From assembly GCA_041690595.1 (NCBI GenBank), contig JAWLHB010000018.1, forward strand, positions 1 through 64,000: a stretch of 64,000 bases of DNA. Reading direction: 5' to 3'. Shown one piece after another: positions 18,837-27,136 of this stretch (the stretch's first letter is position 1; each line of letters opens with the position of its first letter). The notes under the pieces were generated by a model. The model was not told the DNA's origin and did no database searches. It worked only from the letters and a program-made list of their open reading frames with translations. This stretch comes from Lentisphaeria bacterium. Its GTDB lineage: Bacteria; Verrucomicrobiota; Lentisphaeria; JABSQK01; JAWLHB01. Made by a program: the position numbers and the translations under genes.

Positions 18837-20714
18837 ATGCGCCTCGACGACTACCCATTTCTCCTTTACTGGAAGCCACTGGCCCTCACCATCATCCTGC
18901 TGGTGGTATTCGGCCAGACAGTCTTTTTCAACTTCGTCAATTGGGACGATCCGCACTATCTGGTAAACAATCCCGCGATTCAGAACCTTTCGTGGGGCCA
19001 CGTGAAGCAGATCCTGACCCCGGGAGCCATCCCGGAAGAGCAGCTCTACATCCCGGTGACCTACCTGTCCCATCTGGCGGAGAGCGCCCTCTTCGGCTTT
19101 TCAGCTGGGGTAGTGCATGGCGTCAACCTGCTCCTTCACCTGCTCAACGTCCTGCTGCTGTACCAGCTCTTCAAGCGCTGGTCGAATGAAAGCTGGATCG
19201 CCTTTGCCGGTGCTGTCCTCTTTGCCGTGCATCCGCTGCAGGCGGAAGCCGTCGCCTGGGCGATGGGACGAAAGGAGCTGCTGTCGACAACCTTCGGCCT
19301 CATCTGCTTGCTCGGTTGGCAAGGCTTTCTGGAAGAGCACCGGAGGAACAGCCTGCTTGTCGCTATCTCGGCGGCGGCCCTGGCCATGCTGTGCAAACCG
19401 ACGATGATCATGCTGCCGGTGCTGCTCCTGCTGGTGGCGTGGGCCGTGCACGAGGAACGCCTGTCGCGCCGGGAGCTGCTTGCCGCCCTGCCTCTGATCG
19501 TGCTGGCGGCAACTGTGCTTGGCCTCAATCGCCTGATCGCGGCGCCAACCATGGCGAGCGAAGCCTCGACCCCCCTGGCGCTGATCCAGGCGGCCTACCT
19601 TCCGGCACTTTTCAATGGCTGGCTGGAGCGGCTGCTGCTGCTGGCGCCGCCCATGCCCCACTATCGGCTGGGAGCCCTGTCACCGTCGAGCATTTCCTGG
19701 CTGCATGCGCTCCCGCTGCTGATCCTGCTCGGTGGGCTTGCCATTGCGTTTCGGCATGGACAGCGACGCCTCTGGTTCGGCCTCTGCTTTGCCATTCTGG
19801 CCGCCTTGCCGGCTATCGGTATTCTCGTGCTGCGCAACCGTTATTTCGTGACGGCGGACCGCTACGGGTACTTTCCGTTGATCGGCGTCTGGTTCACGGC
19901 AGCCATCGTACTGGGACAGTTGGCGCCGACATGGCGCCGCGCCTATACCGGACTCCTCGTCATCTTCACCTGCCTGGCGGTCGTGCAAACCTATCGGGTG
20001 ACCGGCATCTGGCGGGAGAGCCGGAGTCTGTGGGAGTACGTCCTGCGCCGGGAACCGGAGCATCCGATCGCTCACAATGCCTTGGCCAACGCACTCGCCG
20101 AAGCCGGCGAGCACAACCTGGCGCGCCATCACTATCGGACGGCAGCCCTGCTACAGACGGATTACCCGCAGCCACGGTACAATCTCGCCATGATACTCAT
20201 CGACAGCGATCCGCGGCAGGCGCGGCGACTGCTGCGCCACGCCCTGATAGCGGATCCCGCGTTTGCCACTGCCTGGCACCAACTGGGTACACTGCACCGC
20301 AATGCTGGCGAACCGAAGGCCGCCCTGAACGCCTACAGTCGTGCTCTGATCGCCAATCCCGGCCTGGCCACCGCCTGGTTCGACCGGGCGCAGCTTCATC
20401 AGGACTCCGGCGATCTGGAGGCAGCATGCCGGGATTTGGCCCAAGCCCTACGCCGTCGACCGGACTGGTCGCGAGCCCATTTCAAGCTCGCGGTCTGCCA
20501 CCACCGCCTCAGCCAGCCGGCCGATGCGATGCTCCACTATCAGCGTGCGATTGCACTCGACCCAACCTACCACGAAGCATGGTACAACATGGCCTTGCTG
20601 CTTCAGGGGCTCGGCCAGACGCAGCCCGCCCGCCATGCACTTGGTCAAGCTCTTGCCCTGAGCCCGGAAGATCCCGACTACCTGGCTGCATGGCGCGACA
20701 TGACGGAAAGATAA
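18837..20714 (+). CDS. TMTC-like GT-C glycosyltransferase with C-terminal TPR repeats
   Basis: NWDD loop, HPLQAEAVAW, KP and ADRYGY motifs; about 11 TM helices followed by multiple TPRs. Confidence 0.85.
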   Translation: MRLDDYPFLLYWKPLALTIILLVVFGQTVFFNFVNWDDPHYLVNNPAIQNLSWGHVKQILTPGAIPEEQLYIPVTYLSHLAESALFGFSAGVVHGVNLLLHLLNVLLLYQLFKRWSNESWIAFAGAVLFAVHPLQAEAVAWAMGRKELLSTTFGLICLLGWQGFLEEHRRNSLLVAISAAALAMLCKPTMIMLPVLLLLVAWAVHEERLSRRELLAALPLIVLAATVLGLNRLIAAPTMASEASTPLALIQAAYLPALFNGWLERLLLLAPPMPHYRLGALSPSSISWLHALPLLILLGGLAIAFRHGQRRLWFGLCFAILAALPAIGILVLRNRYFVTADRYGYFPLIGVWFTAAIVLGQLAPTWRRAYTGLLVIFTCLAVVQTYRVTGIWRESRSLWEYVLRREPEHPIAHNALANALAEAGEHNLARHHYRTAALLQTDYPQPRYNLAMILIDSDPRQARRLLRHALIADPAFATAWHQLGTLHRNAGEPKAALNAYSRALIANPGLATAWFDRAQLHQDSGDLEAACRDLAQALRRRPDWSRAHFKLAVCHHRLSQPADAMLHYQRAIALDPTYHEAWYNMALLLQGLGQTQPARHALGQALALSPEDPDYLAAWRDMTER

Positions 20715-20742
20715 GCGCTGGCACCCCCGGCCAATTCACCGC

Positions 20743-20882
20743 AAAAAAGCGGTGGCGTCAAACACGGCTGATGGGCGGGGAGCCAAAGCATCCGGTCTGA
20801 CGCCACCTAGGGCAGGTCTTTCAACCTTCATTGTTCGGGAAGGCGACCCTCTCTTTCAGGTCAGATCAGAGTCGCTATCCGC
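20743..20882 (-). ncRNA. Candidate sigma54-dependent small RNA (~140 nt, three stem-loops, U6 tail)
   Basis: Upstream -24/-12 promoter. Stems GCGACUCU/AGGGUCGC, AGGUU-GAAA-GACCU and GGUGGCGUCAGAC/GUUUGACGCCACC followed by GCUUUUUU. Both neighbouring genes are on the + strand. Confidence 0.6.
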
Positions 20883-20892
20883 TGTCCTTATC

Positions 20893-20908
20893 AGCAACTG
20901 CAATGCCA
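20893..20908 (-). promoter_or_regulatory. Sigma54 (-24/-12) promoter
   Basis: TGGCATTGCAGTTGCT versus consensus TGGCACG-N4-TTGCW; exact GG-N10-GC spacing. Confidence 0.7.
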
Positions 20909-21118
20909 ATCTCTTTTTGAGCCTGAACACGCCAAACGGTGGCACCTCCATGTTGCACTCCCTTTACGCCCCTGTTCAAACTCCTGACGGCCGCCTGCTT
21001 CAGACCCCGCTCCGGCATCCCCGATTGATTGAGCCGCGAATGAAAGTACCTTATGCGCAGACCCGGACAGCTTTGTATACAGATCGACACACTGCCCGAA
21101 TCCCAACCGCGGAAGCCC

Positions 21119-22018
21119 ATGCCGAGCCTGCTTGACAATGTCCTCGTCATCTACAAGAAGAGCCTCTACCAGATCTATTTTCAGGAGCGCTCGCAGCAGA
21201 TGGCATCCGGTAGCAATCGCTTCAGCGAAGCCGACATCCAGCGCTTCGCCGATGCTCACGATACCCACAACCGTACCCTCGAGACCGTTGACCGGGAGCT
21301 GACCTGCCTGGGGATTCGCCATCGCCTTGTCTACCGCGCCCGCATCATGAACTACCAGCACTATTCGCTGGTCATCTCCGTCGGCGGCGACGGGACCTTC
21401 ATCGAAGCGGCCCGCCGGATCACCGATCAGGCCATTCTGGGCGTCAATTCCGACCCCCAGCGAAGCGTCGGCGCCTTCTGTGTCACCAACAGCACCTGCT
21501 TCGGCGACTTCATGCGAAACCTGACTAACGGATCCCCGCGGATACGACTCTTCAACCGGATGGATATTCGCCTCAACGACGAACTTTATGCATTTCGGGC
21601 GGTCAACGAAGTATTGGTAGCGCACCAGTCACCAGCGGCGATGAGCCGCTATTCTCTACATATCGACGGTCAGGAGGAAGTGCAGCGCAGCTCGGGCATC
21701 TGGATCAGCACCGCGGCAGGCTCGAGCGGCGCGATACACTCAGCCGGCGGGCAGACAATGCCGCTGGGCAGCAAGCGCCTTCAGTACCGTCCACGCGAGT
21801 TGTTCAACGCTCCGAACAAACCTACGTACAAGCTTCGAGGCGGGATGCTCCGCCTCAACCAGGAGATCGAACTGCAATCCATGATGCGCGAGGGTATCGC
21901 CTATATCGACGGCCCCCACCTGCGCCTCCCCGTTCCGCATGGCAATCGGTTGCGACTTAGCAACTCCTCCATGCCCCTGCGTGTCCTTATCGACAAGCGC
22001 GCCACCGACAAGCGCTGA
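21119..22018 (+). CDS. NAD(+)/NADH kinase
   Basis: VGGDGT, GVN, NE and STAAGS..AIHSAGG motifs. Confidence 0.9.
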   Translation: MPSLLDNVLVIYKKSLYQIYFQERSQQMASGSNRFSEADIQRFADAHDTHNRTLETVDRELTCLGIRHRLVYRARIMNYQHYSLVISVGGDGTFIEAARRITDQAILGVNSDPQRSVGAFCVTNSTCFGDFMRNLTNGSPRIRLFNRMDIRLNDELYAFRAVNEVLVAHQSPAAMSRYSLHIDGQEEVQRSSGIWISTAAGSSGAIHSAGGQTMPLGSKRLQYRPRELFNAPNKPTYKLRGGMLRLNQEIELQSMMREGIAYIDGPHLRLPVPHGNRLRLSNSSMPLRVLIDKRATDKR

Positions 22019-22049
22019 CCCCACTCAACTCAACCAAGGATCCTCGATC

Positions 22050-23066
22050 ATGCCTGATACCGCTCCCACGCCTCCACCCACTTCCCAGCAGGGCGAAGCC
22101 ATCGTCCGCCGCGTCATGGCCGCGCGCGAAAAGATCACCGCCGAACTCCGCAAGGGGATCATCGGCCAGGAAGCCATCATGGAGCAGCTCATCATCGCCC
22201 TGCTCACCCGCGGCCACTGCCTCATGACCGGCGTCCCAGGACTCGGTAAGACGCTGCTGGTAAAGTCTATCGCCCAGATCTTCTCCCTCTCCTTCAAACG
22301 CATACAGTTCACCCCCGACCTCATGCCTGCCGACATCTATGGCACCGAGGTCGTCGAAGAAGATCCCGCCACCGGCAAGCGGACCTTCAACTTCGTACGC
22401 GGCCCCATCTTCGCCAATCTCGTCCTGGCGGATGAAATCAACCGCACCCCGCCCAAGACCCAGGCCGCCCTGCTCGAAGCCATGGAAGAGCGGCAGGTCA
22501 CCGCCGCCGGCCACACCTTTGCCCTGGACGAGCCTTTTTTCGTCCTCGCCACACAGAATCCCATCGAACTCGAAGGCACCTATCCCCTCCCCGAAGCCCA
22601 GCTCGACCGCTTCATCTTCAACGTCATCCTCGATTATCTCCCCATCGAGCAGGAAGAAGAGATGGTGATGCGGACCACCAACCCATCCAAGCCCGAATTC
22701 AACGAGATCTTCGCCGGCGAAGAAATCATTGAGATCCAGAAGCTCGTGCGTGAAGTACCCGTCGGCACCAACGTGGTCAAATATGCCGTCCGCCTCGTCT
22801 CCGCCACCCGTCAGGTGCCCACATCGCCCCAGATCGTCAAAGACTTCGTCAAATGGGGGGCAGGCAGCCGCGCGTCTCAGGCACTCATCCTCGCCGGAAA
22901 GGCCCGCGCCCTTCTGCACGGCAGGTACAACGTCGCAATCGAGGACATTCGGGCTCTCGCCGCACCCGTACTCCGCCATCGTGTCCTCACCAATTTCCAC
23001 GCCGATGCCGAAGGGGTTACCGTCGAGCACATCATCGCGCAATTGCTCGAACAGACCCCCGAATAA
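22050..23066 (+). CDS. MoxR family AAA+ ATPase
   Basis: GVPGLGKT, RIQFTPDLMPAD, DEINR and ATQNPIE.EGTYPLPEAQLDRF. Confidence 0.96.
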   Translation: MPDTAPTPPPTSQQGEAIVRRVMAAREKITAELRKGIIGQEAIMEQLIIALLTRGHCLMTGVPGLGKTLLVKSIAQIFSLSFKRIQFTPDLMPADIYGTEVVEEDPATGKRTFNFVRGPIFANLVLADEINRTPPKTQAALLEAMEERQVTAAGHTFALDEPFFVLATQNPIELEGTYPLPEAQLDRFIFNVILDYLPIEQEEEMVMRTTNPSKPEFNEIFAGEEIIEIQKLVREVPVGTNVVKYAVRLVSATRQVPTSPQIVKDFVKWGAGSRASQALILAGKARALLHGRYNVAIEDIRALAAPVLRHRVLTNFHADAEGVTVEHIIAQLLEQTPE

Positions 23067-23290
23067 GCACGACATTCCCGCTCATACCGCCAGAACACAG
23101 CCTTCAAACACCATTTTAAATGGTGAAGTTTTGCGTTCCGGCGTCTACAGTCGCTTGCAATACCATTTCTGTCTCCTATTGTGAGAAATGTCGCAATTTT
23201 GACCTGCCTGGCGAGAGATGGGGCTCACGCCGATAACAGGTATAGGGATCGACCGTAAATTGCTCATTCTCAAGGGGAATACTTCACGCT

Positions 23291-24049
23291 ATGACTACAT
23301 TTCTGTCCAAGATCAGAAACAATCTCTTCGGCAACCAAACCGCCGAAGAACCCGAAGCCGCACAGGAGGCCTCTCTGGCCGAGGTGCTGGAAAACGAGCA
23401 ATCCACGGAAGAGCCCACCGCGGAGGAGCAGCATTGGGAGCGCCTGGATGACATCGACTCCATCCCCGACCCCGACGACGTCTCCTTCGAAGATGGGCGC
23501 CGCGAATACAGCGGCATGCCCGGCAATTACCAGGTGGTCATCCGCCCCGTCTACAATCACTTCTTCCTCTCCCGCAAGTACGGCACCCACGGAAAACCCA
23601 GCATCAAGATGAGCTGGCGCTTCAACGAGTACGGTCGCATCGATCTCGTCGATGCCCGCCTCCTCCCCGAAAAAGACGTCTTCCACCTGATCAAGATCCG
23701 CCACTTCGAGCAGTTGGCCGAGCCGTGGAACGAATCCGTCGCCTTCCATTACAACCTGCCGCCCCGGGTGGCCCTCCTCAATCCCGGCTTCAAGGATCTC
23801 CGCTACCCCCGCAAGTACCAGTCGATCCTGCGCTTCGGCCATTCCATGGCCCGCGATGTGATCCATTCTCTCGAAGGCGGAGCCGTACGTGACTCCTTCG
23901 TTCTCGGCGAGCAACAGGACCAGCTGCGCGACATCGTCAAGGACGAAACCGCCCTCGTCCTCCTCAAGCAGGCCAGCCAGATCATGCCCTCAAGCAAAAT
24001 GCTCAACAAGACCGTCATGAAGGTCTTCTACGACGAAGATACCCGCTGA
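23291..24049 (+). CDS. Hypothetical protein with acidic N-terminus
   Basis: 252-aa ORF with host-like codon usage and an AAGGGG RBS-like site; no recognised motif. Confidence 0.75.
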   Translation: MTTFLSKIRNNLFGNQTAEEPEAAQEASLAEVLENEQSTEEPTAEEQHWERLDDIDSIPDPDDVSFEDGRREYSGMPGNYQVVIRPVYNHFFLSRKYGTHGKPSIKMSWRFNEYGRIDLVDARLLPEKDVFHLIKIRHFEQLAEPWNESVAFHYNLPPRVALLNPGFKDLRYPRKYQSILRFGHSMARDVIHSLEGGAVRDSFVLGEQQDQLRDIVKDETALVLLKQASQIMPSSKMLNKTVMKVFYDEDTR

Positions 24050-24087
24050 TTCGACCGCTGGTCCCTCCTCGTCAGCTGCGCCGATGC

Positions 24088-24189
24088 ATGCCCTTGACGG
24101 GGCATCGTTACCCCCAGCACGCCGGCAATGTGCTGAAGGGGCATCGTCCCATATCCTGCCCCCCACACGCATCAACCCCAACGGGGTTG
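24088..24189. repeat. Small REP-like palindromes between convergent genes
   Basis: ATGCCC...GGGCAT (24088-24105) and CAACCCC-AAC-GGGGTTG (24173-24189). Confidence 0.5.
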
Positions 24190-24225
24190 CGTCCACCGTG
24201 TTCAACTCGGGCCATTCCTGCCGCT

Positions 24226-25209
24226 TCAGCGCCAGTTCATGATCGTGGTGGAGAGAAAACTCGCCAGCATGGTGAGCAGCGGCACCACATGCGGTTCGAT
24301 CTCCCGCGTCGGCATGAAGCTGTCCGTATAGATGATGCCGATGCAATCCTCGATCGAATAGAGCCGACGTTCGCTGTAAACAATCGGGATGCAGGCAAGG
24401 GAATTCAGGTTCAGCGCGACCATGCTGTGCGGCAGCGTTGTCCGCTTGCGCGCATCGTCGATGATGATGGTGCCTCCATCCAGCAGGGACTGCTGGAGCA
24501 GCGTCTGGCTGATCTTGAATGGCGAATCCACATCCGTGAAACCCTCTCCGAAAGTCGTTTCCCGCGTCACGCATTGCCGCAGAACCAGCTCCCCCGCCTC
24601 ATCCGTGTCCGTAAGGAAAAAGACACCGCGGTCCATCTTCGTGATTTTCAGCACCGCATCCACCGCAACTTCGCACGCGCTGTTCAGATCGGCGGCGGCG
24701 GCAATCTCCATATAGGCCCCGTGCAGAATGAACTGAGCCTGTTGCGCGGTCTGCGCCGAGAAAATCGTGGTTCCCTCCGGCGGATCCCCCTCGAAGAAGG
24801 TGAAGAGATCGGCACCCAGGCGGATGCTGTCTCCGGCAACCAGCGACTTCCCGGACTCGAAAGGCTGATCGTTGAGCAGGCAGAAACCCTTCGGCGAGGG
24901 GGGATGCAACCTGAATGTATCGTCCCCCATGTACTCCAGCAGAATGCTGTTGGCACTGTGGCATGGAATCACGTAATCATCGCTCATCCGGCGACCGACG
25001 CGGTAGCTGCGACGGCAAAGCGGAAAGAGCAATCCCTGCGGTATCACCCCTTCGCCTTCACTCTCCAGATAGCCCACCAGAAGACTCGACTCGCAACTCT
25101 CGCAACTCAGGGCATCGTAAGCATTCTCATGATCGCAATAAAGACATAACTGACGAGCATCCTGGTCGTTCACCGTCGGAGCATTGGCTTGAGCAGAATT
25201 GTCACTCAT
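24226..25209 (-). CDS. Zinc-ribbon + FHA-like + GAF domain protein
   Basis: CLYC..CESC; YRVGRR...LVAGDSIRLG (FHA fold); C-terminal GAF (SLACIPI...IGIIYTD). Start is uncertain. Confidence 0.75.
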   Translation of the reverse strand: MSDNSAQANAPTVNDQDARQLCLYCDHENAYDALSCESCESSLLVGYLESEGEGVIPQGLLFPLCRRSYRVGRRMSDDYVIPCHSANSILLEYMGDDTFRLHPPSPKGFCLLNDQPFESGKSLVAGDSIRLGADLFTFFEGDPPEGTTIFSAQTAQQAQFILHGAYMEIAAAADLNSACEVAVDAVLKITKMDRGVFFLTDTDEAGELVLRQCVTRETTFGEGFTDVDSPFKISQTLLQQSLLDGGTIIIDDARKRTTLPHSMVALNLNSLACIPIVYSERRLYSIEDCIGIIYTDSFMPTREIEPHVVPLLTMLASFLSTTIMNWR

Positions 25210-25324
25210 CGTCGGCACCATCAGGTAGAGAGGGTTCGACGACACAATAGCGCAATCCTCGCGCTTCTTCCACTCCATTTCGTGAAGTGATCGAAGCGCT
25301 CACCTCACGACTCATAGCCGGCGC

Positions 25325-26158
25325 CTACAGTTTTACCGCATGTTCCGCTTCAGCGGATGCCGACGTCTCCGTGCTGAACAACTCCGCTCCCTGCACCCGC
25401 CGCCGCCGTCCCCAGACCATCAGATTCGGCCGGTCGCAGCTCTGACCGGAGGTCTGACGATTCTCCGGATGCCGATAGCCCACCCGCACCATCCGGCGCA
25501 TGTCATGGGTCCGGTTCACATACGAGCCGTGAATTGTGAAGATGTTGAAGCAGACCACATCCCCCTTCCGGGCGGGAACAGCCACGGAATCCGCCAGCCT
25601 CCACACATCCTGCGGCAGGTGCGGCGTGCACGGCGTGCCATCCGCGAACTGAGTGATATGCGGCAGCGCCCCCTGCTTGTGCGAACCCGGAAGAAAGCGG
25701 ATCTCTCCATTCTCATGGCATGTATCGTCGAGGTGCACAAGGACATCGACGAAGCGGTCGTCGTCGTGCTTGTAAAAGGCCCAATCCTGATGCATCGGGA
25801 ACGGCTGACCCGTCTCGCAAGGCTTCACATGCATGGTCGAATGATGCAGCGCCACCTGCTCCCGACCAAGCAGATCGGCCATCGCTTCACACAGATTCGG
25901 CTTCGTGACGCCCCGCATCCAGGAGGCCGCATAATAGTGCAGATCGTGCATCGCGATAAGCTCCGATTTACCCTCCGTCGCTTCGTCCATGATCTCCTTG
26001 CGCCACGGCCCAGTCCACCCAATCCCCCGGCTCGCCCACGTGTCGATCATCCAGTTGAGATCGTCACGCATCGCCTCGATCTCGCCGTCATTGAAGACGT
26101 TCGGGATATGCAGGTAACCATTCTCATGATAGAAATCGATTTGCTGTTGGGTCAGCAT
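25325..26158 (-). CDS. Phytanoyl-CoA dioxygenase (PhyH) family Fe(II)/2OG enzyme
   Basis: LTQQQIDFYHENGYL, HQD, PGSHK and distal HGS..N motifs. Confidence 0.92.
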   Translation of the reverse strand: MLTQQQIDFYHENGYLHIPNVFNDGEIEAMRDDLNWMIDTWASRGIGWTGPWRKEIMDEATEGKSELIAMHDLHYYAASWMRGVTKPNLCEAMADLLGREQVALHHSTMHVKPCETGQPFPMHQDWAFYKHDDDRFVDVLVHLDDTCHENGEIRFLPGSHKQGALPHITQFADGTPCTPHLPQDVWRLADSVAVPARKGDVVCFNIFTIHGSYVNRTHDMRRMVRVGYRHPENRQTSGQSCDRPNLMVWGRRRRVQGAELFSTETSASAEAEHAVKL

Positions 26159-26281
26159 GGTGACGATGCTCCGGTAATCATTGGATGAGGCTGGCGCGAC
26201 GCCAGCGTGGATTTGCTATTACTCTATTGCATGGCAGGGTATGATGGCAATTGGAACAACCCGCGACTTGTGGTAAAAATC

Positions 26282-27133
26282 ATGCACGATGCTCCCGCCT
26301 TGGCCGATGTCGAATGGCCGCTGGAAGGTTCTCCTGTCATCTGGCGCGCCGATCGCTTTGCCCACGGCGACCGCTACTACGCCACCCAGTATCAGGGTGC
26401 CACCCACGCCCTGCACCTCTACGACTACCATGGTTCCATGCGCCTCGATGGCCGCCAGATCCAGCTCGAACCGGGCCTTCTCACCCTCTCCCCAGCCAAC
26501 CATGTGAGCAGCTATCACCTGCCGCAGCCCGGACATCACTGGTGCATTCATTTTCTGCCGCTCCCGGCCCGAGGGCGACTGGCGCGGCTGCCGCTCGTTC
26601 TTGGCCTCGACCGCGAAAGAGCGTCCATCAACGAACAGTTCCGCGAAATTGCCCGGCTTCACGCCCTCTCCTTTCGCCGCGGCAGCGCCGGACGCATTGC
26701 CGCCGCCGCCGCTTCCGCTTCACTACAGGCCCTCCTCCTGCGCCTCGCCATGCTCCCCGACGCACGACACCAGGCAACCGTCGAACGGGGTGCCGATGAC
26801 GCCATCGAGCGCGTCGTCGCCATCATCAACGAAGCGCTCGATCACTCCCTCGAAATACCCGAACTTGCCGCCGCCGTCGGGCTCTCCCAGAACTATCTGG
26901 CGCGTTGTTTCCGCCGCCAGTTCGGCGTCACCATGCCCCGCTACATCCTGCAGCGGCGTATCGACGTGGCCCGCCAACTTCTCCGCAGCACCGATCTGCA
27001 GGTAAAGGCCGTGGCTGCTCGCGTCGGCATGCCCGATCCCCAGCACTTCAACAAGCAGTTCCGTCACCTCACCGGACTCAGCCCTACCCTCTACCGCCAG
27101 ACAAAGCTCCACGAACCCCCGACCGACTCCTGA
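26282..27133 (+). CDS. AraC family transcriptional regulator
   Basis: Cupin-like N-terminus and C-terminal double HTH (LAAAVGLSQNYL...F; VGMPDPQHFNKQF..TGLSP). Confidence 0.93.
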   Translation: MHDAPALADVEWPLEGSPVIWRADRFAHGDRYYATQYQGATHALHLYDYHGSMRLDGRQIQLEPGLLTLSPANHVSSYHLPQPGHHWCIHFLPLPARGRLARLPLVLGLDRERASINEQFREIARLHALSFRRGSAGRIAAAAASASLQALLLRLAMLPDARHQATVERGADDAIERVVAIINEALDHSLEIPELAAAVGLSQNYLARCFRRQFGVTMPRYILQRRIDVARQLLRSTDLQVKAVAARVGMPDPQHFNKQFRHLTGLSPTLYRQTKLHEPPTDS

Positions 27134-27136
27134 AGC

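Noticed and set aside
20940..20957. + strand sigma54-like TGGCACCTCCATGTTGCA before the NAD kinase
   Set aside because: The spacing is GG-N12-GC; sigma54 needs N10.
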